DNA from: Octopus sinensis
Lineage: Eukaryota
DNA length: 64,000 bases
Direction of reading: 5' to 3'
NCBI RefSeq assembly: GCF_006345805.1
Contig: NC_042998.1
Location: forward strand, 126,728,001-126,792,000
Positions 27,850 through 43,036 of the stretch are shown here, in pieces. The notes below the pieces were generated by a model. The model did not search any database. It was not told the origin of the DNA and saw only the letters and a program-made list of their open reading frames with translations. The position numbers were made by a program, and so were the translations under genes. Each line of letters starts with the position of its first letter. The stretch's first letter is position 1.

Positions 27850-30033
27850 GTATGTAAACTACATTACATATTTTCCATATCTACGGAGTGTTTGTAACAT
27901 TTTTCTGCGCTCATTCGGCTTTTATTTGTCTAGTACCTTGTTCAAAATACTGATAGTCCTAATATCCTGGGTTTTAAATATAGCATTGTGGTTACCCTTT
28001 TTACTTGGATACATCCATTTCTGTATGATCTATAACGAAGAGCAAGTAGAATCTTGATCACTGAAACCGGCAAATATATTTGAAATATTTTGTCCCTGCC
28101 TCACACCAGTGTACACTCTGTATTGGTCAGACACTTGTCTTCCAGTGGTCAATCTAGCCATCATACAATTGTGATACAATTGCTTTACAAGTCATTAAGA
28201 GAGACTGTTAAACCAAGAAAATTTACTTGCATTCACCCTTATACATACATATACTTTTATTTAACACTAGATATATGTATATACATGAATATATCTATTT
28301 AAACATACATTCACATTTTTCCCTCTAGAAAATGTGTATCCATGTTACTTATTAGCCTCCAAATACTCTCGTATATAAATATTCTTTTTCCATATTTATA
28401 TATATTCGTTTAGAATTTTGAATTTATACTAAAAAACAGAAGTATAATGCTATGGAGTAACCGTACTTAGTTCTATATACCGGGATATAGTCATTCCCAT
28501 ATGATAATACTTATATGGAAAAACATGCGTTATTCATTCTATAACCAGGTCTTGCAGGTACAGATGTCCTATCGCTTCATGACAAATAAATCTCTCTTAT
28601 GGTTGCTTCATTTTTAACCGAATAATTTTACACACATACAAATTATTATGAAATTGCATTATGTAGGTAGGCAACATACCAGTAACGACAATAAAAATAC
28701 CCTCAATACATTTTCGAGTAAATAAATAGTCGGAGGGTATTAAACAAAGAGAAACCAGAGTTGATCTAGCAGTGCCTAAAGATGCGCATGTATACATATA
28801 TTGTTGAATCATATTAATGCAATAATGTGTATAGTATATGTAACATTCAGCATACACCAGATGATAACGATGCGCTGAAACAATTGTAGTGATTTGTAAT
28901 AAAGCCTGTTCATTTCATCTCCAGATATTAAAATTCTGACACACTAGCGCTCGCACATACACGTACACACGCGCTTACATATGAATAGTTTTACTCAGGT
29001 GACATCAACATTTACTGGGCGAAAAATTGGTGTAGTCTTAAACATTAATGTGCAAAAATGAATTTCCTGACCAATTATCATGCTTTTGATGCATGGTTCA
29101 CTCAGTATTATGTTATAGATTTCTCCAGTTTATTATCAAAGAAATACTGTAGTATAATTTGTGTGACACAACACCATTTCTTATTTAAGCTAAAGCATAT
29201 GTATTTACCAGTATGATTTATTACAATAGATTTTGTTTATTCCCTTCATTCAGAGAGCATTTTTTCTTCTGCCACTGATGTGGTACACTAGATTTCACGT
29301 TGAACTTCATCCACTTAGTATTAATATTCATGTAGTATACGGCCCATGAAATTTATCTCAGAAACTAGTCTACAATATTAAACTTTTACGCGAATATATA
29401 TGTAATTCTATAAAAATGCTACTTACACACATATACGCACACATACACACAGATATGTATATATGATGTTTTTGTCGAGTCCAGTCTCAAAATGATATAT
29501 GGAGATTTGCTTTCACTGTAGAAATCAACTAGGTTTCGAAGAGAACGAAATAATTTAATTTATAGTGCTATATTAATATCAAAATACTCTCTTAGGTACA
29601 AAGGCCATATTTATAAGCAAGCGAAGCGATAGTCACGTGATTTGACCTTGCTATCTTTATATATATATTTCATTGATCCTGGATATTTTATCAATATCCT
29701 CTGGGATTTGAAGGCAGAAACATTAGGCAGTCTGCCAAGTTGATACTGAAAAATCATTTAGTCTGGCCCTCTATCATTGGAATTAATTCTGCATTAATTT
29801 ACACGCACACACACACGCTTGCATCCTCATTTATATATACACATGCACATACATATACGGACATATGTATATACCTACATGCATTTACACATACATAGAT
29901 TATAACATACATGCGGTTATATATGTCACTGTGTGTTCGTAAGTATAGTAAGATCATTTAATCTCAGGTTACACACTCAAATATTTACAAATATATACAC
30001 ATTCATACATATTCATATCTTTATCAAAATTAA

Positions 30034-30127
<94 letters not shown>

Positions 30128-33037
30128 CACATCAACTTACATTCCAGATTCACGCTCTCCCTCTCACATGCATACACACACACGCACGCACGCGCTCGTG
30201 CACACACATACACAAATGTACACACACATACATTCACATATCGTGGCAATAATAGTAAAAATGATCTACTAATATAGGATGTATATAACTAAAACCTTAT
30301 ACAAACATTATTGTCGGCTCAGAAGTAGCAACGAGACTAACTCGTTATTTGCACAGTTAAAAGTATATTTGAACAAATAAATTGTTTCGCTATCAAACCA
30401 TACGGCTGTCTCCTTTCGTTGCCTCTTATTCTTCTTTGATAAAGCCAGCAGTACTTAAGAAATACTTAAACTAGTGTTTTCGGCTCGAATTTAGGTCATC
30501 GTTTGTATCCATGAGAGAGTTTTATTCTTTACACTGAAGCTACCAAAAAAGATTGATTAAAGTTATCACTAACATATTGAATTAGTTAACAATTCTCTCG
30601 TAGCATGGCCACAGTCTAATGACTGAAGTATGTAAAAGATAAAAGATTAATCCATAACGAAAGAGTGTCTTCAAAAAATAGCAGCCAAATATTACTCAAA
30701 TCAAACCCTACTTTCTTTAAAGAGATATATTGCATAATATACTCTTAGATTTTTGTATGTCTGAATATAAGACGAGAAGGTCATAGCTAGAAGGTTTTTG
30801 GTCATACGTGAGTTTCATCAAAACTGACAGGAGAATCAACAACAACCCTTAGGTTTATCTTTAAACTTGTTGATGCGTTTGCTTTATATCTGAATACACA
30901 TATATCATCTCATACAAACATACGACGAGTATATTATAGAGCACATAGAGCTAGAGCTAAAGGGAGTGCTTTTGGCTTATCGCTTAAGCCGCTTAAAATC
31001 TCAGCCAGATCGTTTTCAAATTTTAGCCCATTGACTTTATGAAAAGATGAGATACTATTTGATCAGGTATTTTCACGTGGTAGTAAAATATCACGTACAT
31101 TTAAGCATATATACCAAAAAATGAATAAAACATAAATAAATTAAAAGTTACAGTAACATTTATCAGAAACGTGTACCCTATATGTACCTTTTTAAGGCTG
31201 TAAAATTGGCAAAGGCGTTATAGCGTTTAATATATTGCTCGCGGTATTTTTTCTGAATATATTAGCTCTGCGTTCAAATGTCACCGAATTGAACTTTTCG
31301 GGGGTCGATAAAAATACGAATCTGAGGCGGTGAATTGGCGGAAACGTATGATCTGACTGGATGCCTGGTAGTATTTGTTCCGGCTCTTTGCGTTCTGAGT
31401 TCAAATTCGACCAGAACGTACTTTGGATGATGGATTTAATCTATCAACCGATTTAATACTTCTAAAGGTACTTTGGTGGGTGCCGTTTAGCGGAGTTTAC
31501 TCTGTTGCATGCATTCGGACTAAATCCCTGGCTTGAGAATAACTCTTCCCTTAGTCCACCCACTATCTGTAAAGTGTCATGGGCATCGTCTTCCCCGCTC
31601 GTATTTTGCTGCAGACTTTTGTTTTGTTGGATGCAACATAACAGATAGCAGAAGTGTTATTGGAATAGAGAAGCCAATTAGTGTAGGTAGCAGCGAGTCA
31701 CATTTACTTAATTCAGAACTGTTCAATCAATGATAGAATTAAAATGCTACTTCCTGAAATTTACATTGAAATAGTTCTGCTCTATTGACGTAATACTGGA
31801 ACAATGACAGAAACACAGGTCGAAGAGATAAGAGCTAGACATCACTTTCATTAGGAATGGATTGTGAATGGCTTATTGCAAGAAGGCAGATTTCGAAGCT
31901 GAAAACATTTTTTATTCATAAAGGATAATTTTAAGTGAGCTTACATTGACAAGACCAATATACAAATATCCATTCTTTTGGATCCCAAAAATCAAACTAC
32001 AGCGCCTTACTGTGTTTAGGAATGATTTACGAAAGACATGTATTTGACAACTTAAGGATTCTCTAGCTAGGCGCAATATTCGATTTAATGATGTTGCTGA
32101 CATTACTATAGATAGCAATTATTGAAGAGAGCTGAATGACCAGTGTTGAGTGCACAGTATCTCTTAAGTTGTGGATCAGTAATTATGGAAAAGGTAAAGA
32201 ATATTGAACATGAGATGAGACGTTAATAGTTACAAAGACTCCTCAAATATTTGTTTTGTGACGTGTAAGCAATGAAGATATCTACTACGAGTAACTATCC
32301 CATATCAAACCTTCCATTTAAGAACCTAGTTTGTACATACATACGTACATACAACGTACATTCATACGTACATACATACATACATACATACATACATACA
32401 TACATACATACATACATACATACATACATACATACATACATACATACATACATACATACATACATACATACATACATACATACAGACAGACAGACAGACA
32501 AACAGACAGAAACGGAATTAAGCTAAGAAAGATAACTAACTCAGAGTGGTGAGTGGCATAGATTTGGACAACAAAGACGAATAAAGGTATTTTAACTTTC
32601 AGCCAAGATATATTTATGAGTTACTGATGTTATCTATGCTTCGAGAGAAGGGAAAACGCTCCTTGTGTTAAATGTGACGCTAAATACGAGGGAATCTCAA
32701 GAATCATAAATCCTCAGGAATTAAATCAAGAATATTCTAGAATTACCTATAGGGAAAAGAGTCATATTTGTGGAGACAAACAAAAGCTAGGGAGACGCGT
32801 TTCTGTATCAATAAGTGTTATCAGCACAAAAGCTATTTCACCTGGAGAACATTTATAGTCCAAGGTGAAAAACAAAAATAATATCTGAAAGAAGCAATTC
32901 AGAGGTGGTCAATGGCAGGAATTGCGACAACAAAAAGAAATTTTTATGGGAGCCATACAAGAAAAAATTATGTTGCATTGGAATTATCTTCGATTCGAGA
33001 CGTATTACACGCACACACTCACACACGTATATATATA

Positions 33038-33097
<60 letters not shown>

Positions 33098-33321
33098 TAT
33101 CTACGTTATGTATAGATATATTTAGTATGTATAATGTATATTGCATTTTATGTATGTTACATATATATGTGTGTGTATATATATACCTGCATATTATATT
33201 ATACATATTATATGTTTGTGTATACTTAAGTACACAGACATATATGCGTACTAATCTACTTCCTTCCGTATACTCACACACATACGCACACAAACATACA
33301 CACACATATTTCATTTTAATT

Positions 33322-33540
33322 TCTTTTGACTTGTTTCAGTCATTAGACTGCGGCCATGCTGGGGCACCGCCATGTGCAATTTCAGTCGAACTTACCAATC
33401 GTAGTACTTATATTTTTTTTCTAAAACCTGGTACTTATTCTACCGGTCTCTTTTGCCGAAGTGTTAAATTTCGGGGACGTAAACACACCAGCACTGGTTG
33501 TCAAGCCGTGTTGGGAACAAACACATACACACACACAAAA

Positions 33541-33599
<59 letters not shown>

Positions 33600-33779
33600 A
33601 CACACACACACACACAAACACAAATACGACGGGATTCTTTCAGTTTCCGTCTACCAAATCTATTCACAAGTATTTGCTCAGCCGAATGCTATAGTAGAAG
33701 ACACTTGCCCAAGGTGCCACGCAATGGGACTAAGCACCGAACCATGGAGTTGGGAGCCAAACTTCTTACCACACAGCCA
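33322..33779 (-). mobile_element. tRNA-derived SINE, minus strand
   Basis: Reverse-complement homolog of 35539-35988. Confidence 0.85.
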
Positions 33780-34430
33780 CCACACAACCACCCACACGCA
33801 TACAGTATTATACTCTAGAAAAAAGACTTCTATGTAATGCAAATCGTGAGGAAACGAGTTTGTGTGTGCGTGTATGTGTGTGTGTATTTTTGCGAGTGTT
33901 TGCGCGCGCGCGCGTTCGTAAATGTGGTTGCGCGCATGAAATGTAAAGAGTGAGGAGGAGGAGAAGCAGACTTGTTATGAAAGAGAAGTGAACGCAACCA
34001 TTCAGGAGATTGGTTGTGGAAGACAGTATGAAGTAATTGTTTAATGATCCATGCATTTAAAGAAAGCAATGGTTAATGAATTTTTTTCTTGGATTTTTGA
34101 TCGATAATGGAATCTTCAGCGGACCGTTTTCAATATTCCTGTAATTGAAATTGAGTAAAAACTATTGGTTATGTCATTTCCACAACATCGTATCGCCTGA
34201 CAGCATTGGTTCTAAGAGTATTGCAATATCCATAACTTTCTCTCCGAAGAATTAATAGAATTAAGTAGATTAAGATTAATAATCTAGGAGACAACGAGAA
34301 ATTCACTTTAAATAACATTTCAACAATCTGATCTCATCTATATACCGGATTGAACTTGTCGACTTATCACGCAACTCCAGTTCTATAATGATTTAGACAT
34401 CGAAACGTTAGCTGCTTGTTAAGCCCGAAC

Positions 34431-34533
<103 letters not shown>

Positions 34534-34582
34534 GTCTGTTGTCTGTCTATCTGTCTGTCTGCCTGTCTGTCTATTCGATTCC

Positions 34583-34787
34583 AGGCGGCGCGTTGTGTCC
34601 TTGAACAAGACACTTTAGTTCAAGTTGTTCCAGTCCATTCAGCTGGCAAAAATGGGTTGCACCTGTAATTCAAAAGGCCAGGCTTGTTATATTCTGTGTC
34701 ACAGTGAATCTCCCTAAGGACTACGTTATGGGTACGCCGCGTGTTAGTGGGTCGACTGAACCCTTGCTGTCTTAAACGACGGAGCTT

Positions 34788-34790
<3 letters not shown>
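34583..34790 (+). mobile_element. Partial SINE of another family (gtgtccttgaacaagacact core)
   Basis: The GTGTCCTTGA.CAAGACACT segment resembles a widespread central SINE domain; it follows a (TATC)/(TGTC) tract. Confidence 0.5.
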
Positions 34791-34822
<32 letters not shown>

Positions 34823-35538
34823 GAAAAAAGATCAGTGGGTTATCTAGTAGTGCTACAACTGTTTCATTGGGAATTTTTTCACAATCATCAGAGCCCGAAG
34901 TGGTCCTCACGGCAGTAGGTCCGTGAGATGGTTGCGACTTGAAAACAGTTTGGAGTAGCAACCAGAGAGAGAAGCACTAAGGCGCAATGCACATGTGTGC
35001 ACTGGATTCGTAAAAACGGAAGAGAAGAATAAAAACGCAAAGCGCATGTCACATCTCTCGCAGCTGCAATTTTCTTGTTTATATTCGCGTAAACATAATA
35101 TAATTAGTTACATTGTGTAGTACGTTACATAACTCCTAACTCATTAGACAATCAGGAGAGCAATGACTTGATTAATCAACATATTATCATGACCATAGCT
35201 GAGGATAGGCACGAAACCTGAACTGAAATTATTTAGTATTTTCACCAACCTCTCCTCTTTTGAGGATCAAATATATATGTAAAGAGGGGAGGAGTGCTTC
35301 TTTTTCGGATGTATGATTTACGGACGATGTACATATGTGTGTGAATATATATCTATATCCATACACACATATTATACTTTAGAAATAAACTTCTACGAGA
35401 GGATGTGTGTGTGTGTGTGTGTGTGTAGGTATGTTGATGCAAACTGGAAAAATACAACTCAAAATATGAATATATGTATATTTTTACGTGCCAACGCATG
35501 AAACTCTCGGACCTTGGGTCACTCTGTTATATATGTAA

Positions 35539-35988
35539 GCGCAGGAGTGGCTGTGTGGTAAGTAGCTTGCTTACCAACCGCATGGTTCTGGGCTCAGTCC
35601 CAAGGCTTGGCACCTTGGGCAGGTGTCTTCTACTATAGCCTCGGGCTGACCAAAGCCTTGTGAGTGAATTTGGTAGACGGAAGCTGAAAGAAGCCCATCG
35701 TGTGTGTTTGTGTATATATATATATATTATATATATATATATATTATATATATATATATATATTATATATATATGTATTTGTGTGTATATGTTTGTGTGT
35801 ATATGTTTGTGTGTCTGTGTTTGTCCCCCCAACATCGCTTGACAACCGATGTTGGTGTGTTTATGCCCCTGTAACTTAGCGGTTCGGCAAAAGAGACCGA
35901 TAGAATAAGTACTAGGCTTACAAAGAATAAGTCCTGGGGTCGATCTGCTCGACTAAAGGCGGTGCTCCAGCATGGCTGAAACAAGTAA
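35539..35988 (+). mobile_element. Full-length tRNA-derived SINE
   Basis: Box A (tggctgtgtggtaag) and box B-like (gggctcagtccc) head, central domain, internal (TA)n and tail; four homologs in the window. Confidence 0.88.
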
Positions 35989-36013
35989 AATAGTAGAAGA
36001 TATATATATATAG

Positions 36014-36045
<32 letters not shown>

Positions 36046-36470
36046 GAATGGAGATAAAGTTAGAAGTATGAGTTCAACGCAACTGGTACATTAGTGATGT
36101 GAAAAAATGGACAACGGGCATTTACTCCTCTCAATTTTCCCATGAATTAGTAATGAAGTTATAAAATTTCAATTTTACTCACGAATTGATGATAATGTTC
36201 TGTTGAATCGTACTGTCAAAACTGGCATGATCCCAAGTTAGAATGAAAAGATTGAATGTGATCATTTTAGTTTTCATTCAATTTATAAAGTTTTAGCTTC
36301 TCACTCATATTTGCATACGTCTGTATTTAAGCATATGAGTAAACGCGCCCATATACCTAATACATCCATCTAGCTCTCTGTCTACGTATCTGTTTATTCA
36401 TCTATTTGTCTATCGGTCTGTCTGTTTGTCTGTCTATTCATTTATTTGTCTGTCTGTCTATCTATCTATC

Positions 36471-36515
<45 letters not shown>

Positions 36516-36750
36516 ATATCTATCTATCTATCCATTCATCCGTCTATATATACATATACACATACATATGTATGTATGTATATACATTCATACATACACA
36601 CGCACACGCACACACACACATATATATATATAATAATTTAAAATGAGGGTGAAAAATTGAATATTAATTTGATAATAATATCAATTTAACACCTAGAGTG
36701 GTCTAGCATATTAAAAAACTGAAGGTTCAGTAAATTGTATTACATACAAA

Positions 36751-36840
36751 TTAGAAGGATGACCACTATGTGGACAGTTCTAAGACTATAGCGGATATAC
36801 TTCTAGCATTAGGGTTGTCCACATAGTGGTCATCCCTCTA

Positions 36841-36841
<1 letters not shown>
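36751..36841. repeat. 26-bp inverted repeat with ~40-bp spacer
   Basis: TTAGAAGGATGACCACTATGTGGACA ... TGTCCACATAGTGGTCATCCCTCTAA. Confidence 0.8.
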
Positions 36842-36873
<32 letters not shown>

Positions 36874-37985
36874 GTTTCTCAATCTCACTGTATTTTCCTG
36901 TGTTGTTACATCTACGCATATATGCTATCAATGTTTATACTTACACGCAAGAAATAATCCAATATGTGGGTGGTACTTATTTTATCAAACAAGTGGGAAT
37001 GCAAGGTGAAGTCACCTCCAGTGAGAGTTCTTCTCTGAACATGGAAGCAAAAAATTGGGTACGATATTTAATCTGATATTTTACCATTTCTGTCATTAAA
37101 TTACCGGCCATTTATCGTTTCGGAGAATAATAATGAAATAAATATATTCAACCACAGCAATGTTCGGACTCTGTAAGAGAAAGGTTTTCGAGTGCTCATA
37201 AGATATGCGAATAAAGATAACGAGAATGATAGATCTGACAGCAACAAAGATGAAAAATCAATACTAAAATATAACAAAAAAAGTTTCTAAAGCTAAGAAG
37301 CTTTCCTCACATGCAGATGAAGGCAAAGTAGTATTGTATTTAGTACTTTTATCACGATAACACGTGATGAGAAAGTGAAACAAGGATTCTGATGGATATG
37401 CGTCAGCATCAAAAAAAGAAAATTACAACCGCTTCTGTGGATTCAGAAAATACTTTTCAACCTTTTCTAAGAATTCGAAAGATGCAGAATTAATTTATAA
37501 ATTGAATCATGGGAATAAAGAAATTCAAATTTAAAAAAAAAAACTTTAAACAAATTTTCACTGAACATGAACGTTTGATTTTTTACTTTGAAGTATGAAA
37601 TTATCGATTAAATAAAAGCAAGGAAATATCACCAGATCCGCAACCCCACCAACCAGTTATTGAAATTTTAGGGTTATCTTTTCCTTCTCAATATATGACG
37701 GGAATAAGAAGATAGAAAAAATATATTGGATTTGTATCTAGAATACATATTTGAGGAATTTATCAATGATTTAAAAAATAAGATTATTGAAAGAACAAAA
37801 CAAAACAAAACAAAACAAAACAAAAACTACTATAACAAAAAACTGAAAGTGAACGAGGCTGAAAGTTTAAGAAACAGCATATGAATGTTACAAAATACTA
37901 ATACAGTATTAGTGCTCAAATGAAGTATAGATACATCCAGAAGATTTCCTCAATGGGTAGGTGTAGATTGCATTAAGATTTTAGA

Positions 37986-38111
<126 letters not shown>

Positions 38112-38675
38112 AAAAAATCTCTAACTCCCTACCTACTTTCCTACATGCCTGCCTGCATACGAACGTACGGGTGTGTGAACGCATGGTGGTACATACGTAC
38201 GTATGTATGCATGCATGTATGTATGTATGTATGTATGTATGTATGTATGTATGTATGTATGTATGTATGTATGTATGTATGTATGTGTGCGTAGATATGT
38301 CTTTATTTCTGTTTGTCAAAATATCAGCGTCGTATGTATCGTTAATTGTCCGTTCAATTTTCAGCATTGAACGGTAAGTTTGAAAATATTGTAAGGAGAA
38401 ATGATAAATTGTTTATAAATATGTACTGTTACAGGTGACTTATTTTTCTTGAGTTATTATAAAATTAAGATGGCGGCGTATTGATTATGCATGACTAGGG
38501 CCGAGAGAGCATTTTAAATAAGCTGGGTATATACACATAAATACAAATGACAAACCGGTGAGTTGTAACCATGACATTAACAATGAAAATATTACTAGAT
38601 GTTATAGTGCATCATGGACTGAGGATAACGATATACATGAGGTTCAATATAGCGGACTAAAACAGAGAAGAGAAT

Positions 38676-38731
<56 letters not shown>

Positions 38732-39839
38732 ATAGAGCAAGACGGGTGAAAATAACAGAATGAATAATCCTAGTATAATAAAATAATCTTTTGATTCATT
38801 CCATCAAGCACTTTTATCATGTTTTATATTAAGTAAATGTCCAGTGTTTCTCTAGATACTCATCGCAGTCCCCACTTTTGGTCAAGATTCCTGATTTGGC
38901 TATAATATAATCTGAGGATTTATTAAAGTTTCAGTGTAAAGTACTTTACCGTTATGCTTAATCAGAAATTTCAAGCACCATTTATGTATGATTTGCATTT
39001 CATAAGGATCTTCTAAGTGAGTGTAGCATTCAGTAGCATTTTCTTTGAAATTCCCGACGTAACTCGGCAGTTTTGTAGCTTAAGTCATTTCTATATTTCC
39101 GAAAGAGAATTATAGTTAACAGTACCTCAAATATCAAAGATAATAATATAGATAATATTGAAATTTTACATTATTCATTAACGCTGGTGTTTCGTGTTAA
39201 ATACTCATTTACAAAGGCTTTAAGAAATAAGTGGGATATAGTACTAAGTGCGATGTATAGTTTTTGTTCAGATGTACTTCTTACTCCTTGACAATCAGTT
39301 TAGCGTTGCATGGATAATCAAGGATGAATGTATTTGTATTTCTTGATATGCAATGTCTGGGGTTACTTTAGTTGGCTTGCTTGTTATTAAGTTCTTCACA
39401 TTGATGGTACACGTAGAACTCAGTTTAAGCATATTTCCATTAAGTATTTTTTGTATGAGTAGCTGATGAGTAAGTGAAAAGTTTTTACCATTAGAGAGCA
39501 GCTACCACACCTTGATGTATTGGCTGGAGTAAAGAAGTTGTAATCTTGGAGATATATTCTACTCTCTCATAATTAAAGAACTCATTTAAGTACACTGTGT
39601 GGCTTGGTGCTCTGTCTAAAACGGGCAAGGCTTTGTTGGAAATATGTCTGGCACTGTGCCATTCTACTGCTGGGTAAAATGTGATTGTAAACAACATTTC
39701 ATTCATAGTGAGAAATTCCACATTAATCTTTGTAAGTTTTTTTTTATAATGATGCATATACAGACACTTACACATTAACACACGCACGCACATATATGTA
39801 TGCATATATGTATGAACAAGCATATACCCTGCGAAATAT

Positions 39840-40972
39840 AAGATGCCTTGGGCGGTGAGTAAGGCAGTTGGTGTCGTCCCCCCATCAGACTCTCTCTCAG
39901 AGACTTCACGCCAAGTACCAAGTAGTGTACAAGCGTACAAGGAACAAGGTCGACGAGGGAGCTGCACCGTAATAACAGCTCACTTACTAGTTGACGCCGA
40001 AACCGCTGTCTGATAGTACAAATGTTCCGTTTGGCCGCAATAACCTTGAAGCTGTTTATCTAGGATTCCTCTGACTTGTCACTTATCTAAAGTCCTACTG
40101 CCGACGTCTTCACCGTATTCCTGGCATGAGAGGTAGTATTTGCCCAAAATGCCACCCCAGTCTACAGACGGGAGGGGCGACTTACTCTCCTTTTATGGCC
40201 TGCTGATGATGTGGGTGCCGAACCGTACGGTAATGTATGTATGTATTTTACGTCAGGTCACTTGTTACTGGTAAAATGGAAACCAGTACATGGTGAGACC
40301 GTCGGAAACTAAACCGACACCCCCTCTAGGCTTGCCTGATGAGGAGGGTCGCTAGAAGCCCAGTAGGACTAAAACAAGATCTGACAAATGGACGGATGAA
40401 CTCAGTACAGAGTCGACGAGTAGTGTAGGTTTAATGACCAGTAATAGCATGGGCACTCAGAAATTCTTGGTTAGTGTCTGGCGTGCTGGAAGACCACTGG
40501 GAGCTGAGATATACCTCAGCGGTTGCTAAAGCATGTATCTGGGAGAAGGTCTTCTGATATAAATCAGATGTGCAAGGAATAACATCGAGCATTTTGGGGA
40601 TCATTTGTTGGCGCTTGAGATCATGGTGCTCTCAAGTTCCTGAGTCTGCGAACCATACTGGTACTGGATATTTTACCCCAGCCTGTCTCTGGATCATGTC
40701 GGGAGGGTGGAGAGGCTCTGTGAAGTATTGTGCAAGCCTTATTGGACCTAAAAGTTTAGGTTTCACAATCGTTGGCGAGACGACTTTTTGATGCCCATTT
40801 GAGTTGGAAGGCACCTTACCCAGCATGGACCAAACGCACGAACCCGGGTGAAGCCAACTATGGGTGCAATAACCTCATGCCTGGACATTGCTGACATTTT
40901 GTATGATCAACAGTCGGAGATGGTCTTCCTCGGTCACGAGTGGACAGCAATCATCATGTATGTATGTATGTA
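39840..40972. mobile_element. Unclassified GC-richer repeat relic(s); 40250-40955 is bracketed by (TATG)n and may be the 5' part of an RTE-like LINE
   Basis: Abrupt GC rise and TATG tracts at ~40235 and ~40957; no recognisable protein motif. Confidence 0.3.
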
Positions 40973-41634
40973 TTGTGATTATTGATTTTTAAATTGTTAA
41001 CTACACATTGATCTTAGCCAAAAGAAGAAAATGTACCTTTTAAATTCTTAAAATTTATCCAAGTTTTCGTGAGGGGGAAAATATAGACCATATTTATCAT
41101 ATTTCATAATTTCTGCAAAGAGAAAATCACAGACGTGCGGATGCGTATATGATATATATATATATATATATATATTGGTAAAATGTGCTATCGGAACACC
41201 AACACAAATTAGACTAAACAAGGAAACATTCTTCATGGAAAATTACAAGCTCAAACTTAACCATTCCAACATTCTTATACAGAGAAACTCACTCCAAAAA
41301 AAAAGGCAAGAAATATTAAGCGATTATCTCCCTTACACCGGAAGAAATCACTTATTATTTCCCCTTATCTGGAACTCTTTTTCACACTTCTCAACGTAAA
41401 CATAACGATGTAAGAAATTTGAAAAGCTGAACGCGAAACCGGTCATTTCTACAAAAACTATGTCATTGTATGAAAAAAATTTATAACATTCTTCAGACAT
41501 AATGACTCAAATATATTTTTTAACCTTTTAAAACAAGCCTTCTGTAGTTTTTTCACTTTTTACTATTTTCTATATATTCAACCACGTGCTTTCACACACC
41601 AACTTTCTCATATATATATGCATACTTTCCTACA

Positions 41635-41697
<63 letters not shown>

Positions 41698-42311
41698 TAC
41701 ATTCATACACATACATATGTGTATGTACGTATCTTTTTTTGCTTGTTTGTGCGTGTGTGTGTGTGTGCAATTGATTGTTTGTATGTAACTTCTTCCTCGT
41801 AACAGTTCCATCAGCAATTATGTTAATTGCGAATTCCGCGGCATCTCTTCATTTGAACGACTGTAGCATCATAAGTTCGTCAGGCACTAAACTTATAGCG
41901 TCTGAAAGATCATGACATTACATATAACGCAACGTCAGTCTCCAGAGTTTTAAAGCTTATCAAAATAAAATTATCGATGGAAATTTTAGATCGATGTTGC
42001 ATAAGACATTGACTTCCGTTCTAGTACCAAGCAATTATTATGTAGATATTTTATAAATTGGTCAATTATCTTAAACCACTATTCCAGATATATAAATCCA
42101 GGCTTTTCTTATCTTCCAAAAACTTTTTTGTATCATTTCTGTCTCTATTTCTATAATACATAAACGTATATCATACAAACATCCACGTATATACATTCAT
42201 AAATACACATACATACATATATATATACACGCGTACATGCAAATATTTACATACATATACACATGTATATCTGTGTGTCAATGCATGTACATGCGAACTT
42301 ATCTATCTATG

Positions 42312-42388
<77 letters not shown>

Positions 42389-43003
42389 GGCTATGGCGAA
42401 AGAATGTATCTGGTGGACGCGTCTGAAAGGATTGGAGACAAACACTTTCCTCTCTGGTCAATCTCTCATCAACTTCTTCAAGTACCACTTGAAAAGGAAA
42501 GTGAGAGTAGAGAGGCAAGTTTTGTCTAGCGAATGTTTTAAAAAAAGATGGGTGAATGTAGCAAGAATGGCACGTATGAATGACGAAGCCACCTTGAGCA
42601 TAGTCCTATGAACCCAGAAATCGAAAACAGAGAGTTGCTTATTTGCAAAAAAAAAAAAAAAAAAAATAATAAAAATTGACTTCATTGACCGAGGTTACCG
42701 TGGTCTTTTCCGCAGGCTTTTCTTTCCACGGGTAAACCTCACCTGTCCTCCCCTTTACACTTCATATTGACATTTCTGTGATAACGATCCCTATTGATCA
42801 TTTTTTTTTCCTCCCCCCCCTTTTTTTTTTTTTTTTAACCCCCCTTATTTTGTCCTCTTTCTCTCCTTTACGATCCCTTTTGATCGAACCACCTCCCCCT
42901 TCCTTTTTTTTTTTTTTTTTTTTTTTTTTAATACCTTCAAAGAAAGCTCTACCTTGTAATTTGTTCTATCTGTGTGCAGCCCTGTGTGGCTAATAAAGAA
43001 ACA
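42389..43003 (+). mobile_element. 5'-truncated Tx1-like (L1 clade) LINE 3' end inserted in (TATC)n
   Basis: AKECIWWTR...KVRVER......F..RW* resembles the Tx1 ORF2 C-terminus; the 3' UTR ends AATAAAGAAACA; (TATC)n on both sides. Confidence 0.7.

Positions 43004-43036
<33 letters not shown>

Noticed and set aside
32905-33837. 310-aa ORF
   Set aside because: Read-through of (TA)n, (CA)n and an antisense SINE.
39455-39490. CTGATGAGTAAGTGAAA
   Set aside because: No pairing for stems I-III; chance match.
40195-40235. CTGATGA..CCGAA-CCGTACGG hammerhead-like string (and CTGATGA at ~40337)
   Set aside because: GAAC instead of GAAA, no stem I partner, weak stem II.
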